A stretch of 11,673 nucleotides of DNA from an uncultured Gemmatimonadota bacterium (GTDB lineage Bacteria > SM23-81): positions 1-11,673 of the forward strand of contig CAZOYL010000082.1 of the NCBI GenBank assembly GCA_964584035.1. Reading direction: 5' to 3'. The stretch's first letter is position 1. Each line of letters opens with the position of its first letter. Positions 1 to 8,243 of this stretch are shown here, one piece after another. The notes beneath the pieces were generated by a model. The model ran no database searches and was not told where the DNA came from. It worked only from the letters and a program-made list of their open reading frames with translations. A program made the position numbers and the translations under genes.

Positions 1-1
1 C

Positions 2-2014
2 GGCGACAACCACGGCGGGGGCACCGACAGCTATTATCACAGCAATTTCAATAATTTCGTCGACTGGCTCCAGGACAATCCGACCCGGTTCGTCTGCACC
101 ACCATCGAGGACTATCTGGAGATGTTCCCGCCCGACTCGGCCGACCTGATCCACTTCGAGGACGGCTCCTGGGTGGGGGCCGACGCCGGTGACCCGGAGT
201 TTCACAAGTGGAACGCCGATCCTTACAGCGGTTACGGCTCCGACCGCAACTCCTGGGCCGCCCTGGTGGCCGCCGCCAACCGGGTGGCCACGGCCGAGTC
301 CATCGCTTCCCTGGACACGCACACTCAACAGGCCTGGCGGTACCTGCTCAACGGCCATACCAGTTGCTACTTCTACTGGGACGGCAGCGATCCCTGGGAC
401 AGCCACCCCACCCGTGCGGCGAATCTGGCCACCGATGAAGCCGATGTGGTCATCACCGGCGGTTCCGACACGGTCGGGCCGTCGATCTTCCCGCCCCAGC
501 GGGAGCCCTTCAACCCAGGAGGGAACGAATGGTCCATCGCCCAGCCGTCCGACTTCGATGTCTGGACACTGGTCTATGACGTCTCCGGGGTGGCCGCCTG
601 CACGCTGAACTATCGCCTGGACGCCGATGGGATCAACGATCCGGCCTCCGACGATAATGAAATCTATGCCGGTGGACCGGACGTGGGCGTCTGGCAGTCG
701 GTGGCCATGACCGGCTCCGACATGCCGCCGTCTCAAACCGATCCGCTGCCCGACTATCGAGCCGGCTACTGGGCGGCTCAGGTCTCCGGGCAACAGGAGG
801 TCCTGCTCGACTACTACGTGGCCGCCTGGGACAGCCTGGGAAATCAAACGCGGTCGATCATCCAACACGTCTATGTCGGCGTTGCCGGAAGCTCTCCGAG
901 CGACACAGTGGCCTACTGGATTCCGGAGGCGCCCCAGGCCGGCGACACCATCGCCATCTACTACGACCCGGTGGCCGGGGCCCTGCCGGACAGCACCGAT
1001 CCGGTTTCTATCCACATCGGCCACAGCGGCTGGGGGAACATCGTCACGCCCGACCCGGTCATGACCTATGTCGGCGCCATCGAATATTGGAGATACGTTT
1101 ACAATATCCCCTTCGGGGCCACGAGCGTTGATTTTGTCTTCACCGACGGACTGGGCAACTGGGACAACAATAACGGCGGGGACTGGCACGTGACCGTATC
1201 CGGCGGGGGCGGCGGCTTCGTCATGGACGGCAGCCTGGATGCCGCGGCCGCACAGATCGCCTCCGGCGCCGGGATGAACCTGTGGGCCGCTTTCAACGGC
1301 ACCGAGCTGTACCTGGCCACCCAGGCGGCCTCTTCCCCTGATGATCGGTTCATTTTTATAGCCCAGACGCCCGGTGGCCTGCGGGGCGCGCCCTGGGCCA
1401 AGGCCGGCCAGGTGGCCGATTGGGATGCCTACCTGGCCAATGAGGGCAGCAATGGGTATAACGCCTGGTATGATAAAGAGGGCACAGCCTCCAGCGCCGT
1501 CGGAAGCTATCTGGAGGGCTCTTTGAACCTGGCCGGCGAGTTCGGCTCGGTCCCTTCCTCGGTCTGGCTGGCCACGTCCTCGTATGGCACCGCCGATGGA
1601 GGCGCGTTGCTGGACCAGGCTCCCTCGGGGGATGGGGACGGCCATCTGGAGGCCGGCGAGTATGTCGAATTTCCCCTCGATGCCCTCCCGCCGGAGGCGG
1701 TGGGTGATCTAACTCTTTTTCTGGCAGGGGATTTGCTGCTCCTTCAGTGGACGGCGGTGACGACCGATACGGCCGGGGGACCGGAGTCTGTCCAGTATTA
1801 TGTCATCTACCGGGATGAGGCCCCCGATTTCACGCCCACGGCCTCGGAGTCGCTGGGATCGACATCGGCGACGGACTTTCCGGACAGCAGCATCTACTTC
1901 AGCCCGATGGTCAATTTCTATTATCTGGTCCGAGCGGTCGATGTCACCGGGAACAAGTCGGCCGAGTCGGGCCGGGTGGGAGAGTTCGACCGGGAACTGG
2001 AGCCGTTTAAGTAG
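2..2014 (+). CDS. 5'-truncated glycoside hydrolase (GH57/GH119-like alpha-amylase-type) with CBM25/CBM53-like starch-binding module, a DOMON/CBM9-like domain and a C-terminal 'VGEFD' FN3-like domain
   Basis: The frame is open from base 2 (GDNHGGGTDSYYHSNFNNFVDWLQDNPTRFVCTTIEDYLEMFPP...), so ATG 122 is internal. GDN at the window edge resembles the HDGDN CSR-4 motif of GH119, and GHTSCYFYWD (353-382) resembles CSR-5 of GH57/GH119. The segment ~914-1198 (IHIGHSGW...VDFVFTDGLGNWDNNNGGDWHV) matches CBM25/CBM53. Stop TAG at 2012-2014. Confidence 0.72.
   Translation, partial: GDNHGGGTDSYYHSNFNNFVDWLQDNPTRFVCTTIEDYLEMFPPDSADLIHFEDGSWVGADAGDPEFHKWNADPYSGYGSDRNSWAALVAAANRVATAESIASLDTHTQQAWRYLLNGHTSCYFYWDGSDPWDSHPTRAANLATDEADVVITGGSDTVGPSIFPPQREPFNPGGNEWSIAQPSDFDVWTLVYDVSGVAACTLNYRLDADGINDPASDDNEIYAGGPDVGVWQSVAMTGSDMPPSQTDPLPDYRAGYWAAQVSGQQEVLLDYYVAAWDSLGNQTRSIIQHVYVGVAGSSPSDTVAYWIPEAPQAGDTIAIYYDPVAGALPDSTDPVSIHIGHSGWGNIVTPDPVMTYVGAIEYWRYVYNIPFGATSVDFVFTDGLGNWDNNNGGDWHVTVSGGGGGFVMDGSLDAAAAQIASGAGMNLWAAFNGTELYLATQAASSPDDRFIFIAQTPGGLRGAPWAKAGQVADWDAYLANEGSNGYNAWYDKEGTASSAVGSYLEGSLNLAGEFGSVPSSVWLATSSYGTADGGALLDQAPSGDGDGHLEAGEYVEFPLDALPPEAVGDLTLFLAGDLLLLQWTAVTTDTAGGPESVQYYVIYRDEAPDFTPTASESLGSTSATDFPDSSIYFSPMVNFYYLVRAVDVTGNKSAESGRVGEFDRELEPFK
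914..1198 (+). other. Starch-binding module (CBM25/CBM53-like) within gene 1
   Basis: H-x-G-x-x-G-W and F-V-F-x-D-G-x-x-x-W-D-N-N-x-G-x-D-W-H signatures, followed by a Gly5 linker (1202-1216). Boundaries approximate. Confidence 0.75.
1688..2011 (+). repeat. Shared C-terminal FN3-like 'VGEFD' domain, copy 1
   Basis: PPEAVGDL..LLLQWTAV..YVIYRDEAPDFTPTASESLG..YYLVRAVDVTGNKSAESGRVGEFDRELEPFK*. Confidence 0.9.
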
Positions 2015-2029
2015 CTGCCGGGACGAAGC

Positions 2030-2057
2030 TTTCTTTCAAACGATTTCTTTCAAACGA
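2030..2057 (+). repeat. Perfect 14-bp tandem direct repeat (TTTCTTTCAAACGA x2) in the gene 1-gene 2 spacer
   Basis: Read directly: 2030-2043 and 2044-2057 are identical. Confidence 0.95.
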
Positions 2058-2073
2058 TCACCGATTGTCGCAA

Positions 2074-2079
2074 AAGGAG
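2074..2079 (+). promoter_or_regulatory. Ribosome-binding site of gene 2
   Basis: AAGGAG, 5 nt upstream of ATG 2085. Confidence 0.8.
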
Positions 2080-2084
2080 CCCCC

Positions 2085-5000
2085 ATGCACAGAAAACATC
2101 TGCCGGTCGTGATTCTGCTGGCTCTTCTCGTGCTCTCGGCCGCCTTCTCGGCCGCCGAGACCATCGATGTGACGGTCGAGTTCTCGCAAAATGACCTTTC
2201 CTTCACCGTCCGGGACGGCTACGACCAGGTGTACATGAAAGATCTGGACCTGTTATCCGAGACCGGGCGGCCGCAGCTGCCGGTGCGGGTAACCCGGGCC
2301 GTCATTCCAGCGGGCCATAGTTTGCGATCGATCGAGACGATCGAGATGGACCTGATCGACCTGCCGGGACGCTATGATATCTATCCGGCCCAGGCGCCGC
2401 AGATTCTATCGCTGGCCGCCCAGGACCCGGGCAGAATCGCCTTCACCGGGCCCGAGGATCTCATCTACCGTTCCCGCCAGCCCTATCCGGCCGAGGCCGT
2501 CAGGGTCGCCGGCCACGGCTATCTGGCCGGGTATCATCTGGCCGATGTGGAGATCTGCCCGCTGGTCTATCTGCCGGCCGAGAAGAGGCTTCGTTTCATA
2601 CGCCGCCTTCATTTCCGGATCCTGACGGCCCCCGGGGGGCGCCAGGCCCGGCCGGTGGGACGGCGCTTGCCACGTGACCAGGCCTTCTATGAGACAATGA
2701 TCGAGCCGCTGGTGCTCAATCCTAAAGCGGTCGCCCGGATGGCCCCGGCGGCTTCCCCGATCTCTTCCAAAGCTCTGTCTCCCGGCGATGTTGAGTACGT
2801 GATCATCACCGGGAGCAGTTACGTAGACGAATTCCAGCCCCTGGCCGACTGGAAGGGCCAGAAGGGCATCTCCGATACGGTGGTCACCCGGGAATGGATC
2901 GAGGCCAACTATGCCGGATACGATGTCCGTGAGCAGATCCGCAACTTCATCATCGACGCCTACGGATCATGGGGCACCAGGTGGGTCCTGCTGGGCGGCG
3001 ACACCAACGTGATCCCCTCCCGCATTTCCTTCGCCATGAAATGCGAGGCCTATCACCACTCCCTGGAAGACAGCATCCGGGCCGACCTGTACTTCTCCGA
3101 TCTGGACGGCGACTGGGATGCCGATGGGGACCACATCTACGGCGAGGTGGCCGACAGCGTCGATCTGTACGCCGACGTGTTCGTCGGCCGGGCCTCGGTC
3201 AGCCTGCAGTCCGAGGCCGCTGCCTGGGTCAGCAAGGTCCTGCTGTATGAACAGGCTCCCCAGCCCGATCAGACCCTGAAAATGCTGTTCGCCGCCGAGG
3301 AGCTGTGGGGCTGGCCGACCTATACCGATGGCGGGGTGCACAAGGACATGATCGATGACCAGTCGGTGCCGTCCCGCTTCGATCCGATCAAGAAGCTGTA
3401 TGAGTCGCTGGGCAACGAGAGCGCCGACTCGGTCCGAACTTACATCAATCAGGGCCAGAACCTGATCAACCACGACGGGCACTGCTGGTTCAATGTCATG
3501 TCCATGGGCACGGGCTCCTTCGGCTTGGCCGACATGGACAGCCTGACCAATGCCGCTGAACCGGCCATTCTGTATTCCATCGGCTGCTGGCCGGCGGCCT
3601 TCGACTTCGACTGCATGGCCGAGCACTGGACCAACAATCCCAGCGGCGGCGGGGTGGCCTTCATCGGCAACAGCCGCTACGGCTGGGGTTCCCCGGGCAA
3701 TCCCGGATACGGCTACTCCGATCTCTTCGATACTCGTTTTTTCCATGAGCTGTTCCTCAATGGACAGGTCCGCATCGGCGCGGCCCTGGCGGCGGCCAAG
3801 ACCCACTACGTGCCCAAATCGCGCATGGCCAACGTCTACCGGATCCACCAGTACGAGGTCAACCTGCTGGGCGATCCGGAGATGCCCATCTGGACAGATA
3901 CCCCCGGAACCCTGACGGTGACCTGCCCCGGCGAGATCCCCGAGGGGTCGGTCCCCCTCGAGGTGACCGTCACCGCCGGCGGCGATCCGGTGGCCGGCGC
4001 GCTGGTCTGCCTGCAGTCCGACGATGGCCTGTACTGGCGGGAAACGACCGGGCTGAGCGGCCAGGTCAACCCGCTGCTGACCGTGCCGGCGGCCGATTCG
4101 GTCCTCATCACGGTCACGGCCCGGGATTATTATCCTCACCGGGGGACCATCGATGTGCTCACCAGCGGTCCCTTCGTATCCCGGTCGGACCAGACCTTCG
4201 ACGATGCCGGCGGCAACGGCAACGGCGAGATCAATCCCGGCGAAGCGGTCGATGTGCTCGTTGCCCTGAAGAATTCCGGGACCCAGGCGGCCGCCGGAGT
4301 GGGGGCCGTTCTACGCTCCTCCGACACGCTGGCGGTGGTGCTCGACTCCCTGGGATCCTACGGCGATCTCAGTCCCGGCGACACGGCCTGGAGCAGCTAC
4401 CAGATCCTGTTCTCGGAAGACTGTCAGGATGGTCAGGTATTCCATCCGGTCCTGGACATAGGGGACGGCTCGTCCAATGCCTGGTCCAGCGTCCTGGCCC
4501 TGATGACCGTTGAGCCGGCCGTCGTGTTCCAGGATGCCATGGTGGATGACGGCGGCGACGGAGTGCCCCAGCCGGGAGAGACGATCGACCTGGAGATCCT
4601 TCTGGTCAATGCCGGCCTGGGCGCGGCGGCCGGCGTCGCGGCGCGGTTGACGGCCGTGGATGAATATGCCGCCGTCATCACCGATACGGCCGTCTACGGG
4701 GACATCCCGGCCGACAGCTCGGCCGGCCCGGTCGTGCCGTTTCAGGTGGCCGTGGACGACTCCTGCCCGGCCTATCACGATCTGCCCCTGCGCCTGGAGG
4801 TGACCGCCGGTGGTTACGCCTTCACCGAGGGTTTGATCCTGGCCGTCGGAGACCGGGGGTTTGACGATGACATGGAATCGGGAGCGGGGGGCTGGACCCA
4901 TGGCGGCAGCAAGGACCACTGGCACCTCAGCACCCACCGCAGCCACTCGGGTTCATCCAGCTGGTATTGTGGTCTGGCCGACAGCCTGCGGTACGAGAAG

Positions 5001-5660
5001 AACACCGATGCCTATCTGCTGTCTCCCCCCATCGTGCTGGGGCCTAACTCCACCCTGACCTTCTGGAGCTGGTACGATGTGCCGATCTACGGCTCCGATG
5101 GACTGTATGTCGTGGTTGGGTCCGGGGCCCAGTGGGACACCCTGGATTACTTCGGTTCCGGGGGCGCTCTGGACCAGCTTTATATGGGCAACGACTGGTT
5201 GCCGGACGAGCACGATCTCTCCGGCCGCGATACGATCCAGGTGAAGTTCATCTTCCACAGCGATTTCGACGACGATGTGGCCGAGGGCATGTGCATCGAC
5301 GACGTCACCATCACCGGGGCCCATCTGGCCGGTGGGGACGTTTTACCGCCCGGCGCGGTGACCGACCTGACCCTGACCCTGGCGGCCGACGCGCTGGTCC
5401 TGGCCTGGTCGCCGGTGGCCGACGGCGAGCAGGACCACTACGTCGTCTACCGGGACACCCTGTTCGATTTTCAGCCGGAGGCGGCCAGCTCGCTGGCGGC
5501 CACGGTCGATACGATCTATCTGGACGATGACGCCGGCGTCGTGGCCGACACGATCCGATCCTATTACTACCGGATCAGGGCCGCCGACGGCTCCGGACGA
5601 AAATCCGAACCGTCGCAGGCCGTGGGCGAGTTCGACCGGAGACTTCAGACACTGCCTTGA
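2085..5660 (+). CDS. Gingipain-like C25 family cysteine peptidase (signal peptide, C25 propeptide, catalytic domain, Ig-like domains, jelly-roll domain, C-terminal 'VGEFD' domain), 1191 aa
   Basis: Start revised from 1800 to ATG 2085 (RBS plus signal peptide MHRKHLPVVILLALLVLSAAFSAA). Propeptide motif GRPQLPV. C25 motifs EYVIIT, LADWK.QKG, WVLLGGD, DLYFSDLDG, DVFVGR, GGVAFIGNSR and NLLGDPEM. Predicted catalytic His in NHDGHC (3480-3482) and Cys in SIGC (3585-3587). Two GxxxPGE Ig-like repeats (~4200-4850) and an FDDDMESG jelly-roll domain (~4860-5318). Confidence 0.92.
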   Translation: MHRKHLPVVILLALLVLSAAFSAAETIDVTVEFSQNDLSFTVRDGYDQVYMKDLDLLSETGRPQLPVRVTRAVIPAGHSLRSIETIEMDLIDLPGRYDIYPAQAPQILSLAAQDPGRIAFTGPEDLIYRSRQPYPAEAVRVAGHGYLAGYHLADVEICPLVYLPAEKRLRFIRRLHFRILTAPGGRQARPVGRRLPRDQAFYETMIEPLVLNPKAVARMAPAASPISSKALSPGDVEYVIITGSSYVDEFQPLADWKGQKGISDTVVTREWIEANYAGYDVREQIRNFIIDAYGSWGTRWVLLGGDTNVIPSRISFAMKCEAYHHSLEDSIRADLYFSDLDGDWDADGDHIYGEVADSVDLYADVFVGRASVSLQSEAAAWVSKVLLYEQAPQPDQTLKMLFAAEELWGWPTYTDGGVHKDMIDDQSVPSRFDPIKKLYESLGNESADSVRTYINQGQNLINHDGHCWFNVMSMGTGSFGLADMDSLTNAAEPAILYSIGCWPAAFDFDCMAEHWTNNPSGGGVAFIGNSRYGWGSPGNPGYGYSDLFDTRFFHELFLNGQVRIGAALAAAKTHYVPKSRMANVYRIHQYEVNLLGDPEMPIWTDTPGTLTVTCPGEIPEGSVPLEVTVTAGGDPVAGALVCLQSDDGLYWRETTGLSGQVNPLLTVPAADSVLITVTARDYYPHRGTIDVLTSGPFVSRSDQTFDDAGGNGNGEINPGEAVDVLVALKNSGTQAAAGVGAVLRSSDTLAVVLDSLGSYGDLSPGDTAWSSYQILFSEDCQDGQVFHPVLDIGDGSSNAWSSVLALMTVEPAVVFQDAMVDDGGDGVPQPGETIDLEILLVNAGLGAAAGVAARLTAVDEYAAVITDTAVYGDIPADSSAGPVVPFQVAVDDSCPAYHDLPLRLEVTAGGYAFTEGLILAVGDRGFDDDMESGAGGWTHGGSKDHWHLSTHRSHSGSSSWYCGLADSLRYEKNTDAYLLSPPIVLGPNSTLTFWSWYDVPIYGSDGLYVVVGSGAQWDTLDYFGSGGALDQLYMGNDWLPDEHDLSGRDTIQVKFIFHSDFDDDVAEGMCIDDVTITGAHLAGGDVLPPGAVTDLTLTLAADALVLAWSPVADGEQDHYVVYRDTLFDFQPEAASSLAATVDTIYLDDDAGVVADTIRSYYYRIRAADGSGRKSEPSQAVGEFDRRLQTLP
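5346..5657 (+). repeat. Shared C-terminal FN3-like 'VGEFD' domain, copy 2
   Basis: PPGAVTDL..LVLAWSPV..YVVYRDTLFDFQPEAASSLA..YYRIRAADGSGRKSEPSQAVGEFDRRLQTLP*. Confidence 0.9.
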
Positions 5661-5749
5661 GCCGGGATTTGCCGGAAATCAAACATAGCCTGATTCCGGA
5701 TATGACCGGAAGCCGAACCCTGCCTGAAAAGGCCTCGACAGGAGCCATG

Positions 5750-8068
5750 ATGAAGGTCGTCAAGCGTCTCGGAATGGTCGCTTATCCGCTGCCGGTTGCT
5801 GTGCTGTTCTGTTTTCTGTTCATGCTCCCGGCCGGGCGGCCGTGCGCGGCCGCCAAAAGCCTGGTGCGCATTACCGTCTCCGCCCCGGAGGAGCTGGCCC
5901 GTCTGCCCCGGGGTCTGGATGTGGCCGGAAGGAGCCTGGAGGGATGGATCGAGGTGGTGGCCGGGCCCGATCAGCTGGAGCGGATCGAGGCCAGCGGCCT
6001 GCCCACCCGGGTCATCCATCCGGATGTGGAGACCCTGGCGGCCTCGGTCAAGGGCTATTACCACACCTTCGACGAGTTGGTCTCCGATCTGGAGATCTAC
6101 ACGCTTGTCTTTTCCCATATCGCCCGCCTGGACACGTTGGGCTTCAGCTTCGAGGGCCGGCCCCTGCTGGCGGTCAAGATCTCCGACAACGTGGCCGTGG
6201 ACGAGCCCGATGAGCCCGAGCTGTTGTTCATGGGCCTGCATCACGCCCGGGAATGGCCTTCCCTGGAGATCGCCTATTTCCTCATCGATTCCCTGCTGAC
6301 CGCCTACAATTTTGATGACCACATCACCGATCTGGTCGACTCCCGGGAGATCTGGGTGATGCCCTGTGTCAATCCCGACGGCTACGCCTACTGTCACGAT
6401 CAGGGCAACGACTGGCGCAAGAACCGGCGATTTTTTTCCCAGTTCACATCCTACGGCGTGGACCTGAACCGCAACTACAACGGGGCCTGCAACGGAATTT
6501 CCATGGGGGCCTGGGGGACCACCACCACCGACGGGACCAGCCACTACCCCTGGGACGGAGTTTACTGCGGTCCGTTCCCCTTCTCCGAGGCGGAGATTCA
6601 GGTCGTCCGGGACCTCTATCTGGCCCACGATTTCGTCTTCAGCGTCTCCTACCACACCTATATGGAAGGCGTCATCTGGCCCTGGGGATATGCCGCCGGC
6701 CAACAGGTGCCCAGCGATGATCTGCTCAGCGAGTTCGGCGCCCGGATGGCCTCCCGGATCACCCGGCAGTCGGGCAGCGGCACCTATGATGCCGCCCAGT
6801 CCACGGTCCTCGGATATACCACCACCGGGGACACCGACGACTGGGCCTATGGCTGCTCTCATTATGTGCGGGGGACCAACTGTCTGCCCTATACCGTGGA
6901 AGCCTGCAGCCAGTTCCATCCCCCGGAGACCGTTTTGAACCAGGTGGTCCGCGAGAACTTCGACGGGGCCGTCTTTCTCTGCGAGGTCGCCGACTCGGCG
7001 GCCTCGCTGCTGCATCCCCGGGTCCTGCCTCCGGCCGTCGATCCCCCGGGGACCGTGCCCGGCGGAGGTTATACCGTCTCATGGCGCCCGGGCAATCCTC
7101 AGGCCGGCGCCGATCGATATCAGCTCGACGAGCTGACCGGCCTGACCGTCATCACCGACGATGCCGAGAGCGGTCCCTCGCGGTGGGACCTGTCCGGATT
7201 CCAGATCAGCGAGGCTCAATCTCACGGGGGCGGCCATAGCTATCACTCATCTTCCAGCCTGAGCAATGCCTCTGATGCCATGACCACCCTGGAGCCCTAT
7301 CCGGTTCTTCCCGGCGACTCCCTGACCTTCTGGTGCTGGTATGATATCGAGGAGGTCTGGGATATGGCCTACGCCGAGATCTCCGTCGACGGCCGCTGTT
7401 TCCAACTGCTGGATTCCACCGCCACCTTCAACAACAGCTCGGCGGGTTGGATTCGCCGGGCTTACAGCCTGGAGGACTATGCCGGTCGGTCGGTCTTTTT
7501 CCGCTTCCGTTACAGCACCGACGGAAGCACCGAATGGGAGGGTTTCTACCTCGATGAGGTCCGTCCGGTGCCTGGCTATGCCGCCGTCACCACCCTGTCG
7601 GATAGCATCGCCGACACCTGCTACGTCATCGCCGGCCAGGCCCCCGGCGACTATTATTACCGCTCCCGGGGGCATAACGATGCCTGGGGCTGGGGCGACT
7701 GGAGCTGCTGCCGGCTGGCCACCGTTGTTGAGGGAGCCATACCTCCGGAGCACATCTGTAACCTGACGGCCCTTCCAGCCGGGGGAATCCGCCTGAGCTG
7801 GTCGCCGGTCACGGTCGATACCGCCGGCTCTGCGATCATGGTCGGCTACTACGTCATCTACCGGGACACGACCCCTGATTTCACCGCCTCCCCGGCCAAT
7901 TCCCTGGCGGCCGTCGAGCAGTGCGGCTATCAGGATGTGACCGCCGCCGTGGGCGTCTCCGGTCTGAACCACACCTATCTCGTCCGGGCGGTGCATGTCT
8001 CCGGCGTCAAGTCGAACGATTCCAACCGGGTGGGGGAGTTCGACCGCTATATCCAGCGATGGAAGTGA
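5750..8068 (+). CDS. M14 family zinc carboxypeptidase (carboxypeptidase T-like) with jelly-roll domain and C-terminal 'VGEFD' domain, ~772 aa
   Basis: AGGAG at 5740-5744 precedes ATG 5747 and ATG 5750; 5750 has the better spacing. N-terminal signal peptide. Zinc motif HHAREW, plus NPDG, WRKNR, GVDLNRNY, third ligand in SYHTY, catalytic Glu in YTVEA. TDDAESG...SLTFWCWYDIE..WD...FRFRYSTDG...GFYLDEV jelly-roll domain. Confidence 0.92.
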   Translation: MKVVKRLGMVAYPLPVAVLFCFLFMLPAGRPCAAAKSLVRITVSAPEELARLPRGLDVAGRSLEGWIEVVAGPDQLERIEASGLPTRVIHPDVETLAASVKGYYHTFDELVSDLEIYTLVFSHIARLDTLGFSFEGRPLLAVKISDNVAVDEPDEPELLFMGLHHAREWPSLEIAYFLIDSLLTAYNFDDHITDLVDSREIWVMPCVNPDGYAYCHDQGNDWRKNRRFFSQFTSYGVDLNRNYNGACNGISMGAWGTTTTDGTSHYPWDGVYCGPFPFSEAEIQVVRDLYLAHDFVFSVSYHTYMEGVIWPWGYAAGQQVPSDDLLSEFGARMASRITRQSGSGTYDAAQSTVLGYTTTGDTDDWAYGCSHYVRGTNCLPYTVEACSQFHPPETVLNQVVRENFDGAVFLCEVADSAASLLHPRVLPPAVDPPGTVPGGGYTVSWRPGNPQAGADRYQLDELTGLTVITDDAESGPSRWDLSGFQISEAQSHGGGHSYHSSSSLSNASDAMTTLEPYPVLPGDSLTFWCWYDIEEVWDMAYAEISVDGRCFQLLDSTATFNNSSAGWIRRAYSLEDYAGRSVFFRFRYSTDGSTEWEGFYLDEVRPVPGYAAVTTLSDSIADTCYVIAGQAPGDYYYRSRGHNDAWGWGDWSCCRLATVVEGAIPPEHICNLTALPAGGIRLSWSPVTVDTAGSAIMVGYYVIYRDTTPDFTASPANSLAAVEQCGYQDVTAAVGVSGLNHTYLVRAVHVSGVKSNDSNRVGEFDRYIQRWK
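7742..8065 (+). repeat. Shared C-terminal FN3-like 'VGEFD' domain, copy 3
   Basis: PPEHICNL..IRLSWSPV..YVIYRDTTPDFTASPANSLA..TYLVRAVHVSGVKSNDSNRVGEFDRYIQRWK*. Confidence 0.9.
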
Positions 8069-8163
8069 GCGGCCGGGAACGGATCCTGATCCCCGGTCGG
8101 CGAGGCGGCTGCTGCGGCTGCCGGGGAAAATTCATGCCCGGAAAATGATCAGAAATAATTGCG

Positions 8164-8192
8164 TTGACAGTCACTTCCGGCTGTGATACAAT
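8164..8192 (+). promoter_or_regulatory. Sigma70-type promoter upstream of gene 4
   Basis: TTGACA (8164-8169), 17-bp spacer, TACAAT (8187-8192), extended -10 TG at 8184-8185, and an AT-rich tract upstream (~8143-8160). Confidence 0.85.
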
Positions 8193-8236
8193 GAAAAAAG
8201 AGGAATATCGCCAGAGATACGATTCTTCATCTGAGC

Positions 8237-8243
8237 AAAGGAG
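8237..8243 (+). promoter_or_regulatory. Ribosome-binding site of gene 4
   Basis: AAAGGAG, 7 nt upstream of ATG 8251. Confidence 0.8.

Noticed and set aside
122..124. ATG 122 as the start of gene 1
   Set aside because: The frame is open to the window edge with conserved-looking sequence, and no signal peptide follows this ATG.
1688..2011. Terminal domain as a canonical T9SS CTD, dockerin, SLH, PEP-CTERM or LPXTG signal
   Set aside because: No YPNP/G.Y...K-type CTD motifs, no duplicated Ca-binding dockerin loops, and no C-terminal transmembrane helix with a basic tail.
2030..2058. Tandem repeat as a CRISPR remnant or insertion target-site duplication
   Set aside because: Only two abutting 14-bp units, with no spacers and no cas or transposase genes in the window.
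1800..2084. ORF-track N-terminal extension of the C25 gene
   Set aside because: It overlaps gene 1 by 215 bp. RBS and signal peptide support ATG 2085. The starts at 5657 and 8164 were rejected for similar reasons.
5750..5860. Lipoprotein signal in gene 3 (…PAGRPCAAAK)
   Set aside because: The residues before Cys (G-R-P) do not fit the lipobox L-[AS]-[AG]-C.
8069..8135. GC-rich hairpins after gene 3 as an intrinsic terminator
   Set aside because: Stems are imperfect (CCCCGG...CCGGGG with a mismatched interior) and there is no U-tract on the + strand.
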